Assembly: GCA_034439475.1 (NCBI GenBank)
Contig: JAWXAN010000035.1
Coordinates: forward strand, 5,908-69,907
Length of the DNA stretch: 64,000 nt
Direction of reading: 5' to 3'
Source of the DNA: Candidatus Zixiibacteriota bacterium
GTDB lineage: Bacteria > Zixibacteria > MSB-5A5 > GN15 > FEB-12
In this document: positions 8,443-17,345 of the stretch, piece after piece
Numbering within the stretch: the first letter of the stretch is position 1
How the letters are laid out: every line of letters starts with the position of its first letter
Made by a program: the position numbers and the translations under genes
Notes under the pieces: generated by a model
What the model was told of the DNA's origin: nothing
Seen by the model: only the letters and a program-made list of their open reading frames with translations
The model's database searches: none

Positions 8443-10590
8443 ATGAGCACGAACCCCGAAGAAAAAAAACTCCCAATGCGCTTGGACCAGATCCTCATGA
8501 TGGAGGGTCTTGTCACTGAGGATCAAGTCAAAGAGGCTCTCCGCTACCAAAAGGAATATGGTGGCAAGCTCGGATCGCATCTTCTCAGGCGGGGATATAT
8601 CCATGAAGCCGGACTTGTGCGAGCGCTTGCCAAACAATATCGCTGCGATGGCGTAGTGCTATCAGCGATCGACATTCCCGATCTGGTCATTCGCTTCATA
8701 TCGGCAAAGGTCGCCGTGTCGAGAATGGTTGTGCCGTTTGATTATGATCCCGAAGATAATACGTTGAAAGTCGCCTGCGATGACCCGCATGCCGCAGGAC
8801 TCATTGAAGAATTGGATTTTGTTGCGCGGGGCAAAATTATCAAACTTTATGTGGCCGCAGAAATTGCTCTCAAAAGCGTCATTGCTGAGCGCTATCTCCC
8901 GCGTCTGGCTCAGGCTTCGCCGCAGCCACCCGGGACTGAAATTTCGGCGTCCGCTGAAGGCGGATTTAATGATTCTGTGCCGCTGACACTCAATCCTCAG
9001 CGTATGTCAATTTTGCTGGTCACCGACGATCCGCAAGCAGACAATCACCTTCGCGGGTCACTCGAGCACGATCAATATCAGGTCAAAACCGCTGATTCGG
9101 CGGACGAAGCAATGGACCTTATGTCAGGGCGACAGTTTGACACGGTATTTATCCGTGATACCGTTCAAGGAGACTACCTCGACCTCATCGACCGCCTGAG
9201 AAAATCCTCGCCTCGCACGAGTGTGCGATACTACGAATCGATGGCCGGTCTGTTGCTTCAAAATATGGACGAAGCCCAGATAGATTTGCACTTGAAAAGT
9301 TTGCATCTTTTTACATCGATACTCTCCTCAAAAGATAACCGTCCCGGAAATCACAGCGGAACGGTCGGTCTCTATGCCGAGCGTCTGTGCAAACAGATGG
9401 GACTCCCGGCCAAAGACCGGCTTGTGATAGCAACTGCGGGATATCTGCACGATCTGGCAAAGACATATTACGGGAGCAGTGAATCGCCCGAAGACAGCCG
9501 CGATTCCATTTTGTTAACAGTCAAACTTCTGGACTCCCTGAATTACTCGCCGGTCGTGATTGGTATTCTGAAAAAGATGTATATAAATCTCCACGACAAA
9601 TACCAAAAGCGACTGCCAATTGAAGCGCTTGGCGGAAATATCCTGACTATCATTGATATTTTCTGTGATAACATTCCAACCAGTCAGAAGATGTCGCTCG
9701 ATAAGTTCGATGTCCTCAGCGCTAAATTAAAAGCTCTGGTTGGCAAACTCTTCCTGACCGAGGTTGTTGAATCGTTTATCACGCTAATTCAGAGCGACCT
9801 GCTCATTTCGCCTCCGCGCGGTCGTTTCAATCAAGTCATGATATTCTGCGAGGATGTCGCGCTCGGAAGCGGCATTGAAAATAAACTTCGTAAAGAAGGC
9901 TTCCGCGCAGTTGTGCAACATGCGCCCGATAATTTTGGCGACCTCTTTGAGAGGGGAAGGCCGGATATGATGGTTTTGGCCCAGCATGGTGAGCCAAGCG
10001 TAATCCATAGACTTATAGACTCCTTCGCTGACAGAGGAATAGAGCTGGCCTCGATTCCGGTCTTTCTTTTAGTCGACCACTGGATGACCCCGCATCTTAC
10101 CTCAATTTTTAAACGGGGTATCGAAGACCTGCTGCCGCTTGATAACAGCTATGATCTGCTCGTCGCCAAAATGACAAAAGTACAGTCGCGTCTTGAATCC
10201 GGCGCGCAGACCCGCGAAGATCACCATGACTCAACCGGGTCAATTGGTAATATTGAAAGCATGAATCTGATTGACCTGCTTCAAGCTTTGGGACCAAGCA
10301 GGAAGTCTGTCCGGATCACGCTTTTGCACGACAGCAAAGAACTTGTGATTTTTCTCAATCAGGGCGAAATTGTTCATGCTCATGGCTGCGGCAAATTCGG
10401 AGCCGAAGCAGTGTATGAAGGAATTGCCTTTACCAAAGGATTCTGGTCTACCCAGCCGGTGAAACCGGAAGAAATCCCCGAGCGCAACACGAGCGCCCCA
10501 AATGAGTCGATTCTGATGGAAGGATGTCGAAGACTGGATGAGGAGTCGCATTTGTGGGGACCGCACATTCCAACGAAGATTAAGACTTAG
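8443..10590 (+). CDS. multidomain signalling protein: MshEN (T2SSE_N, c-di-GMP-binding type) - REC-like - HD - REC-like - DUF4388
   Basis: 715-aa ORF. Two tandem 24-residue MshEN-type motifs (RLDQILMMEGLVTEDQVKEALRYQ and KLGSHLLRRGYIHEAGLVRALAKQ) are separated by 5 residues. Next come a REC-like block (MSILLVTDD...FIRD), an HD block (HSGTVGLYAE...GYLHDLAKTY) and a second REC-like block. The C-terminus is DUF4388-like (NLIDLLQALGPSRKSVRITL...GEIVHA). Confidence 0.7.
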   Translation: MSTNPEEKKLPMRLDQILMMEGLVTEDQVKEALRYQKEYGGKLGSHLLRRGYIHEAGLVRALAKQYRCDGVVLSAIDIPDLVIRFISAKVAVSRMVVPFDYDPEDNTLKVACDDPHAAGLIEELDFVARGKIIKLYVAAEIALKSVIAERYLPRLAQASPQPPGTEISASAEGGFNDSVPLTLNPQRMSILLVTDDPQADNHLRGSLEHDQYQVKTADSADEAMDLMSGRQFDTVFIRDTVQGDYLDLIDRLRKSSPRTSVRYYESMAGLLLQNMDEAQIDLHLKSLHLFTSILSSKDNRPGNHSGTVGLYAERLCKQMGLPAKDRLVIATAGYLHDLAKTYYGSSESPEDSRDSILLTVKLLDSLNYSPVVIGILKKMYINLHDKYQKRLPIEALGGNILTIIDIFCDNIPTSQKMSLDKFDVLSAKLKALVGKLFLTEVVESFITLIQSDLLISPPRGRFNQVMIFCEDVALGSGIENKLRKEGFRAVVQHAPDNFGDLFERGRPDMMVLAQHGEPSVIHRLIDSFADRGIELASIPVFLLVDHWMTPHLTSIFKRGIEDLLPLDNSYDLLVAKMTKVQSRLESGAQTREDHHDSTGSIGNIESMNLIDLLQALGPSRKSVRITLLHDSKELVIFLNQGEIVHAHGCGKFGAEAVYEGIAFTKGFWSTQPVKPEEIPERNTSAPNESILMEGCRRLDEESHLWGPHIPTKIKT

Positions 10591-10594
10591 AGGT

Positions 10595-10623
10595 GGTGCA
10601 GGCCAGAGACGGCCTGCACGAAG
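10595..10623 (+). repeat. hairpin module GGTGCAGGCCAGAGACGGCCTGCACGAAG (copy b)
   Basis: Exact copy, located 5 nt after the stop codon of the 8443-10590 gene. Confidence 0.9.
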
Positions 10624-10915
10624 ATGAAGATGGATTCTCCACCACTGCGAACTGGAATAATTGCATTTCAAGAACTGAGATTGCCACGTCGCTCGCCCTC
10701 ATTAGCGGACTCACTCCTCGCAACGACACGTTTAGAGAATGTTGGTGCACCGGAACGTATACCAACCACTGAGTATCGTTCGTCGTGCGGGACGTCACGG
10801 TAGCCACTAAGTGACCGTCAGGTCATCCACCACTGGCGGACTTCGGTCGCCTCAGCACTCCTCCTCGTTGCCTCGGAGTGGGCAAGATCCGACGGAAGCG
10901 AGTCAGCTTGTATAA

Positions 10916-10955
10916 ACAAAAAAATGCCGCTCCGAATCAACAGAGCGGAATTTTT
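10916..10955 (-). terminator. bidirectional intrinsic terminator (rplS operon end)
   Basis: CCGCTC/GAGCGG stem with a 10-nt loop, flanked by A7 on one side and T5 on the other. On the minus strand the hairpin is followed by TTTTTTTG, 35 nt after the rplS stop. Confidence 0.6.
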
Positions 10956-10989
10956 ATTTCGTCAGAGACCAAAAGAGAAGCGAAAAAAA

Positions 10990-11358
10990 CTACTTCTTGC
11001 CCTCTTTGCTCACATCGGCCAACTGCTCTTTGATACGAGCTGATTTACCGGTGAGATTGCGCAGATAATACAATTTGCTTCGTCTGACCAGACCGACACG
11101 CATACGTTCGACTTTGGCAATGTTTGGCGAGCAGAGCGGGAATGTTCGTTCGACCCCTATCCCTTGGGACATTTTACGGACTGTAAACGCCGCGCCTGTG
11201 CCAGAACCGGTCCGGGCAATGACGATTCCTTCAAAGACCTGGATTCGCTCCTTGTCGCCTTCTTTAATTTTCACGTGTACTTTTATCGTATCACCTGGAT
11301 TGAATTCAGGATAATCATCCCGAAGATACATCTTTTCGATCTGTTCAATCTGTTTCAC
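10990..11358 (-). CDS. rplS: 50S ribosomal protein L19
   Basis: 122 aa with strong family similarity ([16 protein letters not shown]...[11 protein letters not shown]...VRK...[10 protein letters not shown]). Confidence 0.97.
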   Translation of the reverse strand: MKQIEQIEKMYLRDDYPEFNPGDTIKVHVKIKEGDKERIQVFEGIVIARTGSGTGAAFTVRKMSQGIGVERTFPLCSPNIAKVERMRVGLVRRSKLYYLRNLTGKSARIKEQLADVSKEGKK

Positions 11359-11388
11359 CGAAACATCCTTTCTCTATACGTACTCTTA

Positions 11389-12156
11389 TTAATTCACTTT
11401 ATCTAATTTTTGGAGCGATTCCATGAATCGCCGTTCATCATTGTTCATTTCCGCCTGCTGGAGCAAATCGGGGCGGTATTTCAAACACTTTCTAATAGCT
11501 GCTCTGCGGCGATATTTTTTTATCTCGACATGGTTGCCGGAAAGCAATTCCTGCGGGACAGCTATACCTTCATATTCGGCAGGTTTGGTGTAGCATGGCG
11601 AGCCAAGCATCTGATTCATATATGAATCATCCAAGGCCGACTCAAAGTTACCGAGCACCTTCGGTATCAGCCTGCCGACCGCATCGACCATTACCGCCGC
11701 CGCGGGTTCTCCGCCGGTGAGGACATAATCGCCAATTGAGACTTCTTCTACATCGTAGAGGTCATTTATTCGTTCATCAATCCCAAGGTAGTGTCCGCAA
11801 ATGATGGTCATTCGGTCAGATAACGAATAGCGGATCGCCATATCCTGTGTGAACGGCCTGCCTGCCGCCGAGGTAAGCACAAGATGCGCTTTGTCCTCCT
11901 TCACACTTCCACCAGCATTTTTGTGCTCATAGCCAAGACTCTTGAGGCATTCATCGAGCGGATCGATTTTCATCACCATCCCGCCTCCGCCGCCGAAGGG
12001 GGTGTCATCGACGGTATGGTGCTTGTCAGTTGCAAAATCCCGCAATTGTATAATTTCGATCTCAAAGAGTTTTTTTTCCTGCGCTTTCCCGAGCAGAGAC
12101 TGTTTCAGCGACAGCGTAAAATAGTCCGGGAAGAGCGTTATTATTTCAAATTTCAT
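11389..12156 (-). CDS. trmD: tRNA (guanine37-N1)-methyltransferase
   Basis: 255 aa. It has the MKFEIITLFPDYF N-terminus and the TrmD knot region (GDYVLTGGEPAA), and sits in the conserved rimM-trmD-rplS context. Confidence 0.95.
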   Translation of the reverse strand: MKFEIITLFPDYFTLSLKQSLLGKAQEKKLFEIEIIQLRDFATDKHHTVDDTPFGGGGGMVMKIDPLDECLKSLGYEHKNAGGSVKEDKAHLVLTSAAGRPFTQDMAIRYSLSDRMTIICGHYLGIDERINDLYDVEEVSIGDYVLTGGEPAAAVMVDAVGRLIPKVLGNFESALDDSYMNQMLGSPCYTKPAEYEGIAVPQELLSGNHVEIKKYRRRAAIRKCLKYRPDLLQQAEMNNDERRFMESLQKLDKVN

Positions 12157-12180
12157 CTTTTCAGTCAGGCAAGCATTGTA

Positions 12181-12696
12181 TTACTCGCCGAACAGTCCTG
12201 CCTCGGCTACCACGAGCCGTTTATTTTCAACATCAACAGTTTTTATAAATTGCTTCACTGCCGGGTAAAGGACTTCGCGGCCATGAACGCCTCGAATGAC
12301 ATAGACATCGTTGGCCGGATAATGGTGGATGTCAACTAGTTCGCCCAACAGTTCGCCTTTCTCATCGTCGTACACTTTACAGCCGACCAAATCAAACTGA
12401 TAGTATGTATTGCTCGGCAGTTCAACTATATCTTCCGCTATCACCGCGAGTTCTCGATTAGTTAGTCGGCTGGCATCTTCCGGCGTCTTTATTCCCTCAA
12501 GCCGGATGGCTGGTCGATTTGAGATAACCCGCGAGGAGATAACCTTAAATTCCTCCCACTCGGCGCGATTACGCAAATAAATCAATTTCAAATCGGCAAA
12601 GCGCTCAAGGAAATCGGTGTCCGGCGTTATCCAAATCTCGCCATGTACCCCGCGCGGTCTTCCCAGCTTTCCGACCGATACATATCGCGGTGTCAA
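12181..12696 (-). CDS. rimM: 16S rRNA processing protein RimM
   Basis: 171 aa with the VGKLGRPRGVHGEIWI motif and a PRC barrel C-terminus, in operon context. Confidence 0.92.
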   Translation of the reverse strand: MTPRYVSVGKLGRPRGVHGEIWITPDTDFLERFADLKLIYLRNRAEWEEFKVISSRVISNRPAIRLEGIKTPEDASRLTNRELAVIAEDIVELPSNTYYQFDLVGCKVYDDEKGELLGELVDIHHYPANDVYVIRGVHGREVLYPAVKQFIKTVDVENKRLVVAEAGLFGE

Positions 12697-12702
12697 CCTG
12701 TC

Positions 12703-12933
12703 TTACTCCAGAATCTCAAGCACCGCCCGTTTTCCTGTACGGGCCGCGGCGGCGGCAAGTATCGTGCGGATCGATTTGGCCGTTTGACCGGCTTTGCCGA
12801 TAACTTTCCCGAGATCGCCATCGCCGACGCGAAGCTCGTAGATGGTTGTCCGCTCTCCTTCAATTTCATTCACGCTGACCTTATCCGGCTGGTCGACCAA
12901 TGCCCTGGCAATGAATTCAATGAATTCCTTCAT
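12703..12933 (-). CDS. KH domain RNA-binding protein (UPF0109/YlqC-like)
   Basis: 76 aa with the KH motif [18 protein letters not shown]. It occupies the conserved position between rpsP and rimM. Confidence 0.9.
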   Translation of the reverse strand: MKEFIEFIARALVDQPDKVSVNEIEGERTTIYELRVGDGDLGKVIGKAGQTAKSIRTILAAAAARTGKRAVLEILE

Positions 12934-13082
12934 GTCTGAGTCCTTTCGTAAGACAGTTATGTTCGCCGACGGACCGTTGCTCTTTATTCGATTTAATCTA
13001 AAATCGAAGCTAAAAAACTAACGCGCACGAATCACGTGAAGTCAGATCACACTGCTGGTATACTTCCGACGTCTTGTCAGAA

Positions 13083-13457
13083 TCAAACAGCGGCTGGAGC
13101 CTCGGCAGTGACCGATGCCTTTTTCATTTTGCGCGTCTTTTTCTTTCGCTCTTTAATCGTGGACTTCAGCACGATTGCCGAAACATCGACTCCCTTTTTT
13201 GCCTGATGATATTTTTCAATAAAACCGATTTGCGTGAGCAAAGAGCCGACGGTGTCACTTGGGATAGCGCCTTGATCGAGCCACTTGGTTATCTTGTCCT
13301 CGACCACTGTTACCTTCGCAGGTACAGTAATCGGATCGTAAGTGCCAAGAAGCTCTAAAAATTTGCCATCTCGGGCGCGACGGGAATCAGCCGCGACAAT
13401 ACGGTAATAGGGGCGCTTGTGGGTGCCCATACGCCGTAGTCTCAGATGAACTGCCAA
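13083..13457 (-). CDS. rpsP: 30S ribosomal protein S16
   Basis: 124 aa. The N-terminus MAVHLRLRRMGTHKRPYYRIVAADSR is the canonical S16 sequence, followed by a basic C-terminal extension. Confidence 0.96.
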   Translation of the reverse strand: MAVHLRLRRMGTHKRPYYRIVAADSRRARDGKFLELLGTYDPITVPAKVTVVEDKITKWLDQGAIPSDTVGSLLTQIGFIEKYHQAKKGVDVSAIVLKSTIKERKKKTRKMKKASVTAEAPAAV

Positions 13458-13496
13458 TGATACCTCCTCTGTGTTCGCGCAATACCGCGAGGCGTC

Positions 13497-14822
13497 CTAA
13501 TGACGCAACCCTCGGGCCATTGCAGTGAACCGTTTTTTATTATTACCAAATGAACTAAACATCTTTTGCATTGCGAAAAACTGCTTGATCAGCGCGTTCA
13601 CTTCCTGCGCCGATGTGCCCGACCCAAGGGCAATACGCCGCTTACGTGAGCCGTCAATTATTATCGGCTTGCGGCGTTCCTCGAGGGTCATAGATTTTAT
13701 AATTGCCGCGGTGCGCTCGACTTCTTTTTCGTCGACTTTGACTCCTTTGAGCGCTTTGCCGACTCCGGGAATCATTCCAATAACAGATTCGAGCGGTCCC
13801 ATTTTCTTTAGCTGATTCATCTGCGTCAGAAAATCCTCAAAATCAAACTGGGCTTTGAGCAGTCTCTCCTGCATTCTCTGGGCCTGCTCGACATCGACGG
13901 TCTCCTGCGCCTTTTCAACGAGGGTGACAATATCCCCCATACCGAGGATTCGCGATGCCATGCGATCCGGATGGAACACCTCAAGGTCCGAAAGTTTTTC
14001 CCCAGTTGAAGCCAATTTAATCGGGCGGCCGGTTACTTTACGAATTGACAAGGCCGCGCCGCCTCGGGCATCGCCGTCAAGTTTTGTCAGCGCGACACCG
14101 GTTATCATAAGCTTGGCGTGGAATTTTTCGGCGACATTGACTGCATCCTGGCCGGTCATTGCATCGGCGACAAGAAGAATCTCATCGGGCTTGACGAGCC
14201 TTTTAATGTCCTCAAGTTCATTCATGAGATCGTTGTCTATGTGCAGACGTCCGGCGGTGTCAAGAATAACCAGATCAATAAAATTTTTCTGGGCGTATTT
14301 GAATCCCTCAAGACAAATCTCCGGCGGGGTCTTCCCTTCGACAAAGAAGTGCTCGACGCCTATCGAATCGGCGAGGACTTTGAGCTGTTTGACCGCGGCC
14401 GGACGATAAATGTCGGCGGCGACAAGAAGCGGCTTTTTATTTTTCCGCTTTGCCATAAGGGCAATTTTGCCTGCAAGCGTCGTTTTGCCTGAACCCTGCA
14501 GTCCGCACACCATGTACACGGTTGGAGATTTGTCAATCGGCGCAAGCGGTTCCGATGCCCCACCAAGCAATCCAACGAGTTCGTCATGAACGACTTTGAC
14601 TATAAGTTGACCCGGATCAATAGCTTGAAGGACTTCGGTCCCGAGCGCTTTCTCTTCGATATTTTTTATAAAATCGCGGACAACTTTATAATTGACATCT
14701 GCCTCGAGCAGCGCTTGGCGAACCTCGCGCATCGAGTCCTTAATATTGGTTTCGGTAAGCTTTCCGTGCCCACGAAGTTTTTTGAAGGCAAGCTCAAGCT
14801 TATCGGTCAAACTGGAAAACAT
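13497..14822 (-). CDS. ffh: signal recognition particle protein Ffh
   Basis: 441 aa with an NG domain (GLQGSGKTT, DTAGR, TKLDGDARGG) and a Met-rich M domain. Confidence 0.97.
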   Translation of the reverse strand: MFSSLTDKLELAFKKLRGHGKLTETNIKDSMREVRQALLEADVNYKVVRDFIKNIEEKALGTEVLQAIDPGQLIVKVVHDELVGLLGGASEPLAPIDKSPTVYMVCGLQGSGKTTLAGKIALMAKRKNKKPLLVAADIYRPAAVKQLKVLADSIGVEHFFVEGKTPPEICLEGFKYAQKNFIDLVILDTAGRLHIDNDLMNELEDIKRLVKPDEILLVADAMTGQDAVNVAEKFHAKLMITGVALTKLDGDARGGAALSIRKVTGRPIKLASTGEKLSDLEVFHPDRMASRILGMGDIVTLVEKAQETVDVEQAQRMQERLLKAQFDFEDFLTQMNQLKKMGPLESVIGMIPGVGKALKGVKVDEKEVERTAAIIKSMTLEERRKPIIIDGSRKRRIALGSGTSAQEVNALIKQFFAMQKMFSSFGNNKKRFTAMARGLRH

Positions 14823-15089
14823 TTACAACCCACTCACCGTATCAACTTTTGAGTCGGTGAACTCCTTCGATAAAAAATTACGCAATACAAAACCTCGGAA
14901 AAACGCGTAAGCCGTTCCTCCAGAGTCGACTAATATACCAAAATCCCTTTGCGAGGCAAGGAGATAATGGCTTTGGAGGTAACTCATGCCAGTCAACCGA
15001 AGGCTCGTATTCGCCTATCTTTTATACAGTTAGAGATTGCGTATGTTTTGACAGCCTAGACAGGAGGGTATTAAAAAAATGAGACCTTG

Positions 15090-15953
15090 TCACTTCAGAT
15101 ATTTTTCAAGCCATTTCCTTCGATAGCGGTCAATCTCGATATACGATTTATCCTTGAGTGAGACATGTCCGCCGTCTTGAATCTTGATAAATTCGTGCGG
15201 TATATTATGGGCTTTGAGTTGCGCAACGAGTAGTTGAGATTGCTCGATCGGGACGGTCTGATCCTTGGTTCCATGCAGAAGAAGCAATGGAACATTTTTG
15301 GGAAGTTTGTCGGCAAAGCAGACCGCTGAGCGTTTTTTGATCTCTTTGTTACGATCAGTTTCGCTCAGATTTCCTAAATGCAGATTGATGACCGATGTGA
15401 AGCTCGGTTTTTTTCCCGCGAGCCTAAAAAGATCGGCAACTCCGGCGTGGATGATTCCACAGCGGAATTTGTCATACATTGTCAGAACCCTATAGGTGGT
15501 CATCCCCCCGCGTGAGGCGCCTTCGATGCCAATTCGCGTTATATCACACTCTGGCAATTCCTTGGCAACATCGATGAGATTGAGCGAATCATGAACATCG
15601 TTTCCTCCCCAATCTTCGACGCCCTCGCCGCCGAGATTTCCTCGATAGTGAGTGGCAAGGAGGATGTATCCCCAAACTGCGGTAGAGGCCAAAATCAAAT
15701 AGGCTGTAAGGTCATCCAATGCTCCTCGTGTCCCGTATCCTCCACGATTCCAGATAAGAAGGGGATATTTTCCCGGCGCCTTCGGTTTGGCAAGATAGCC
15801 TTTGACTCGAAGACCATCGGAGAGGTAGGTAATTCGCTCGACAATTGTGTCGTCGAGAACTGATTCGGCGTACATGCGTCGGACAACATTTTCATGGAAG
15901 TCGGCAAGTGTCACTCGTTCACGGTCAAGAAGTAGGGGCTGGGGTGATGTCAT
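15090..15953 (-). CDS. alpha/beta hydrolase (S9 peptidase / dienelactone hydrolase-like)
   Basis: 287 aa with the nucleophile elbow GIEGASRGG and a C-terminal D...H arrangement (HGTKDQTVP ... GGH). Confidence 0.7.
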   Translation of the reverse strand: MTSPQPLLLDRERVTLADFHENVVRRMYAESVLDDTIVERITYLSDGLRVKGYLAKPKAPGKYPLLIWNRGGYGTRGALDDLTAYLILASTAVWGYILLATHYRGNLGGEGVEDWGGNDVHDSLNLIDVAKELPECDITRIGIEGASRGGMTTYRVLTMYDKFRCGIIHAGVADLFRLAGKKPSFTSVINLHLGNLSETDRNKEIKKRSAVCFADKLPKNVPLLLLHGTKDQTVPIEQSQLLVAQLKAHNIPHEFIKIQDGGHVSLKDKSYIEIDRYRRKWLEKYLK

Positions 15954-16181
15954 TGGTTAATAATTCCTGTTTCGATGCATTTTGATTATTCCAGTCCGGT
16001 TTAGCTTCTTTAAGTGGTTGGTGACGTTCCACTCCCGTCGGACTTGAGAGCCTCGTGCACCAGCTAATCCCCCAGTGCGTCGGCGCGAGGAGTGAGGCGA
16101 AGCCGAATGACGCGGCAATCTCAGTTCGTTTTTTCTTGTCTTTCCAGTGCGCCGAGGTGGAGTGTGGTACCCGAAATGTTC

Positions 16182-16205
16182 GTGCGGGGTGTCTCTGCCC
16201 CGCAC
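16182..16205 (-). repeat. covarying copy of the GTGCAGGCC-AGAGAC-GGCCTGCAC hairpin
   Basis: The minus strand reads GTGCGGGGCAGAGACACCCCGCAC. Base changes in the stem are compensated on the partner arm. The flanks (GATATGGTGC..., ...GCACGAA, GGGTACC-CACTCC) are homologous to 8008-8066. Confidence 0.8.
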
Positions 16206-16242
16206 CATATCTCATCAAACAGTCTGTCCTCATACGAGCCAT

Positions 16243-16271
16243 ATAAAAACCCACCCGTTGGGTGGGCTACA
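16243..16271 (-). repeat. terminator-shaped module (reverse complement of 7302-7330)
   Basis: ATAAAAACCCACCCGTTGGGTGGGCTACA on the plus strand. As a terminator it faces the minus strand, but no minus-strand gene lies upstream of it. Confidence 0.8.
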
Positions 16272-16481
16272 GGAATTAAAGAACTCAGCGTTCGTCCCAT
16301 CACGCCGGGTCTGCAGCGAACCGGCAATCTCATGCCTGCCCGCTGTGGTGGGTTCACTTCTCCTTCACTCCTTTGTCCCATAACAACAAGCAGTATAGCC
16401 AGTCAGGGCTCTCTCGGTAACTGATTTCATGGCTGGACGATCTTGAGAATCAAAGTCTGAGGGAGTTTTTTTGGATAATCC

Positions 16482-16509
16482 TTGCCTCATCATTTTGTCA
16501 GACTATATT
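16482..16509 (+). promoter_or_regulatory. candidate sigma70-like promoter of the menaquinone operon
   Basis: TTGCCT (16482-16487), a 16-nt spacer, then TATATT (16504-16509), about 75 nt upstream of ubiE/menG. Confidence 0.4.
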
Positions 16510-16583
16510 ATCAGCTTGGAACTGGAGGCGAAGCCAACTTGGTCGAAACCAGTTTATCATATTGCGGGTTATAGAAGGAGAAA

Positions 16584-17345
16584 ATGAGCGCGACCAGACT
16601 AGTAACCATCTTACGTTCCTCCAGCGACAATTCCGTCTCACCGGCGTCGCAAAAATTTTTAAGAAATCCGATCCCCGGCATGTTTGATCGTATAGCCCAT
16701 CGTTACGATCTCCTCAATCACCTTCTCTCCGGCAACCGTGACAAACAATGGCGTCGCAAAGTTGCCGACACAATCGAAGGAAACAATTTGCATCTGCTGG
16801 ACCTCGCTACCGGAACCGGCGATCAGCTGCTGGCGGCCTATGACAGCGGAAAAGTCGTCAGAGGGATGGGCATTGACCCTGCCGAACAGATGCTGATGAT
16901 CGGACGAAAGAAAATTGAAGAGCGAAATCTAACCGAGAAACTGTCGCTTATGCTCTCGTCGGCGGAAAAACTTCCATTTCAAGACAACAGCTTTGATACT
17001 CTTACTATGTCCTTTGGTATTCGCAATGTGATGGATATCACAACCTCGCTTTCCGAGATGAGACGAGTGCTCAAAGCTGACGGACAGATTATCATCCTCG
17101 AATTTTCGCTGCCGCCCAACCGCCTCATGAGGGCACTCTATCTGTTCTATTTTCGGCAGATTCTTCCGCGGCTCGGCGGACTTATCTCAGGCGACAGTGG
17201 CGCGTATCGATACCTGAATCAAACGGTAGAGAGCTTTCCCTACGGCGAGCAGTTTTGTACTATACTGTCTGATTCAGGCTTTAAACAGACGAGCGCCCAT
17301 CCACTGACTTTCGGAATTGCAACCATGTACACAGGACGTAAATAA
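16584..17345 (+). CDS. ubiE: demethylmenaquinone methyltransferase (UbiE/MenG)
   Basis: 253 aa with the UbiE signature FDRIAHRYDLLNHLLS and SAM motif LLDLATGTGD. The stop overlaps the menF start (TAATG). Confidence 0.9.
   Translation: MSATRLVTILRSSSDNSVSPASQKFLRNPIPGMFDRIAHRYDLLNHLLSGNRDKQWRRKVADTIEGNNLHLLDLATGTGDQLLAAYDSGKVVRGMGIDPAEQMLMIGRKKIEERNLTEKLSLMLSSAEKLPFQDNSFDTLTMSFGIRNVMDITTSLSEMRRVLKADGQIIILEFSLPPNRLMRALYLFYFRQILPRLGGLISGDSGAYRYLNQTVESFPYGEQFCTILSDSGFKQTSAHPLTFGIATMYTGRK

Noticed and set aside
14823-15089. Possible SRP RNA or other structured ncRNA in the gap upstream of ffh, and riboswitches upstream of speD, lysS and the men genes
   Set aside because: I could not recognise conserved SRP RNA domain IV, SAM, lysine or other riboswitch cores by reading the sequence. 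Without a covariance-model scan there is no support for a call.
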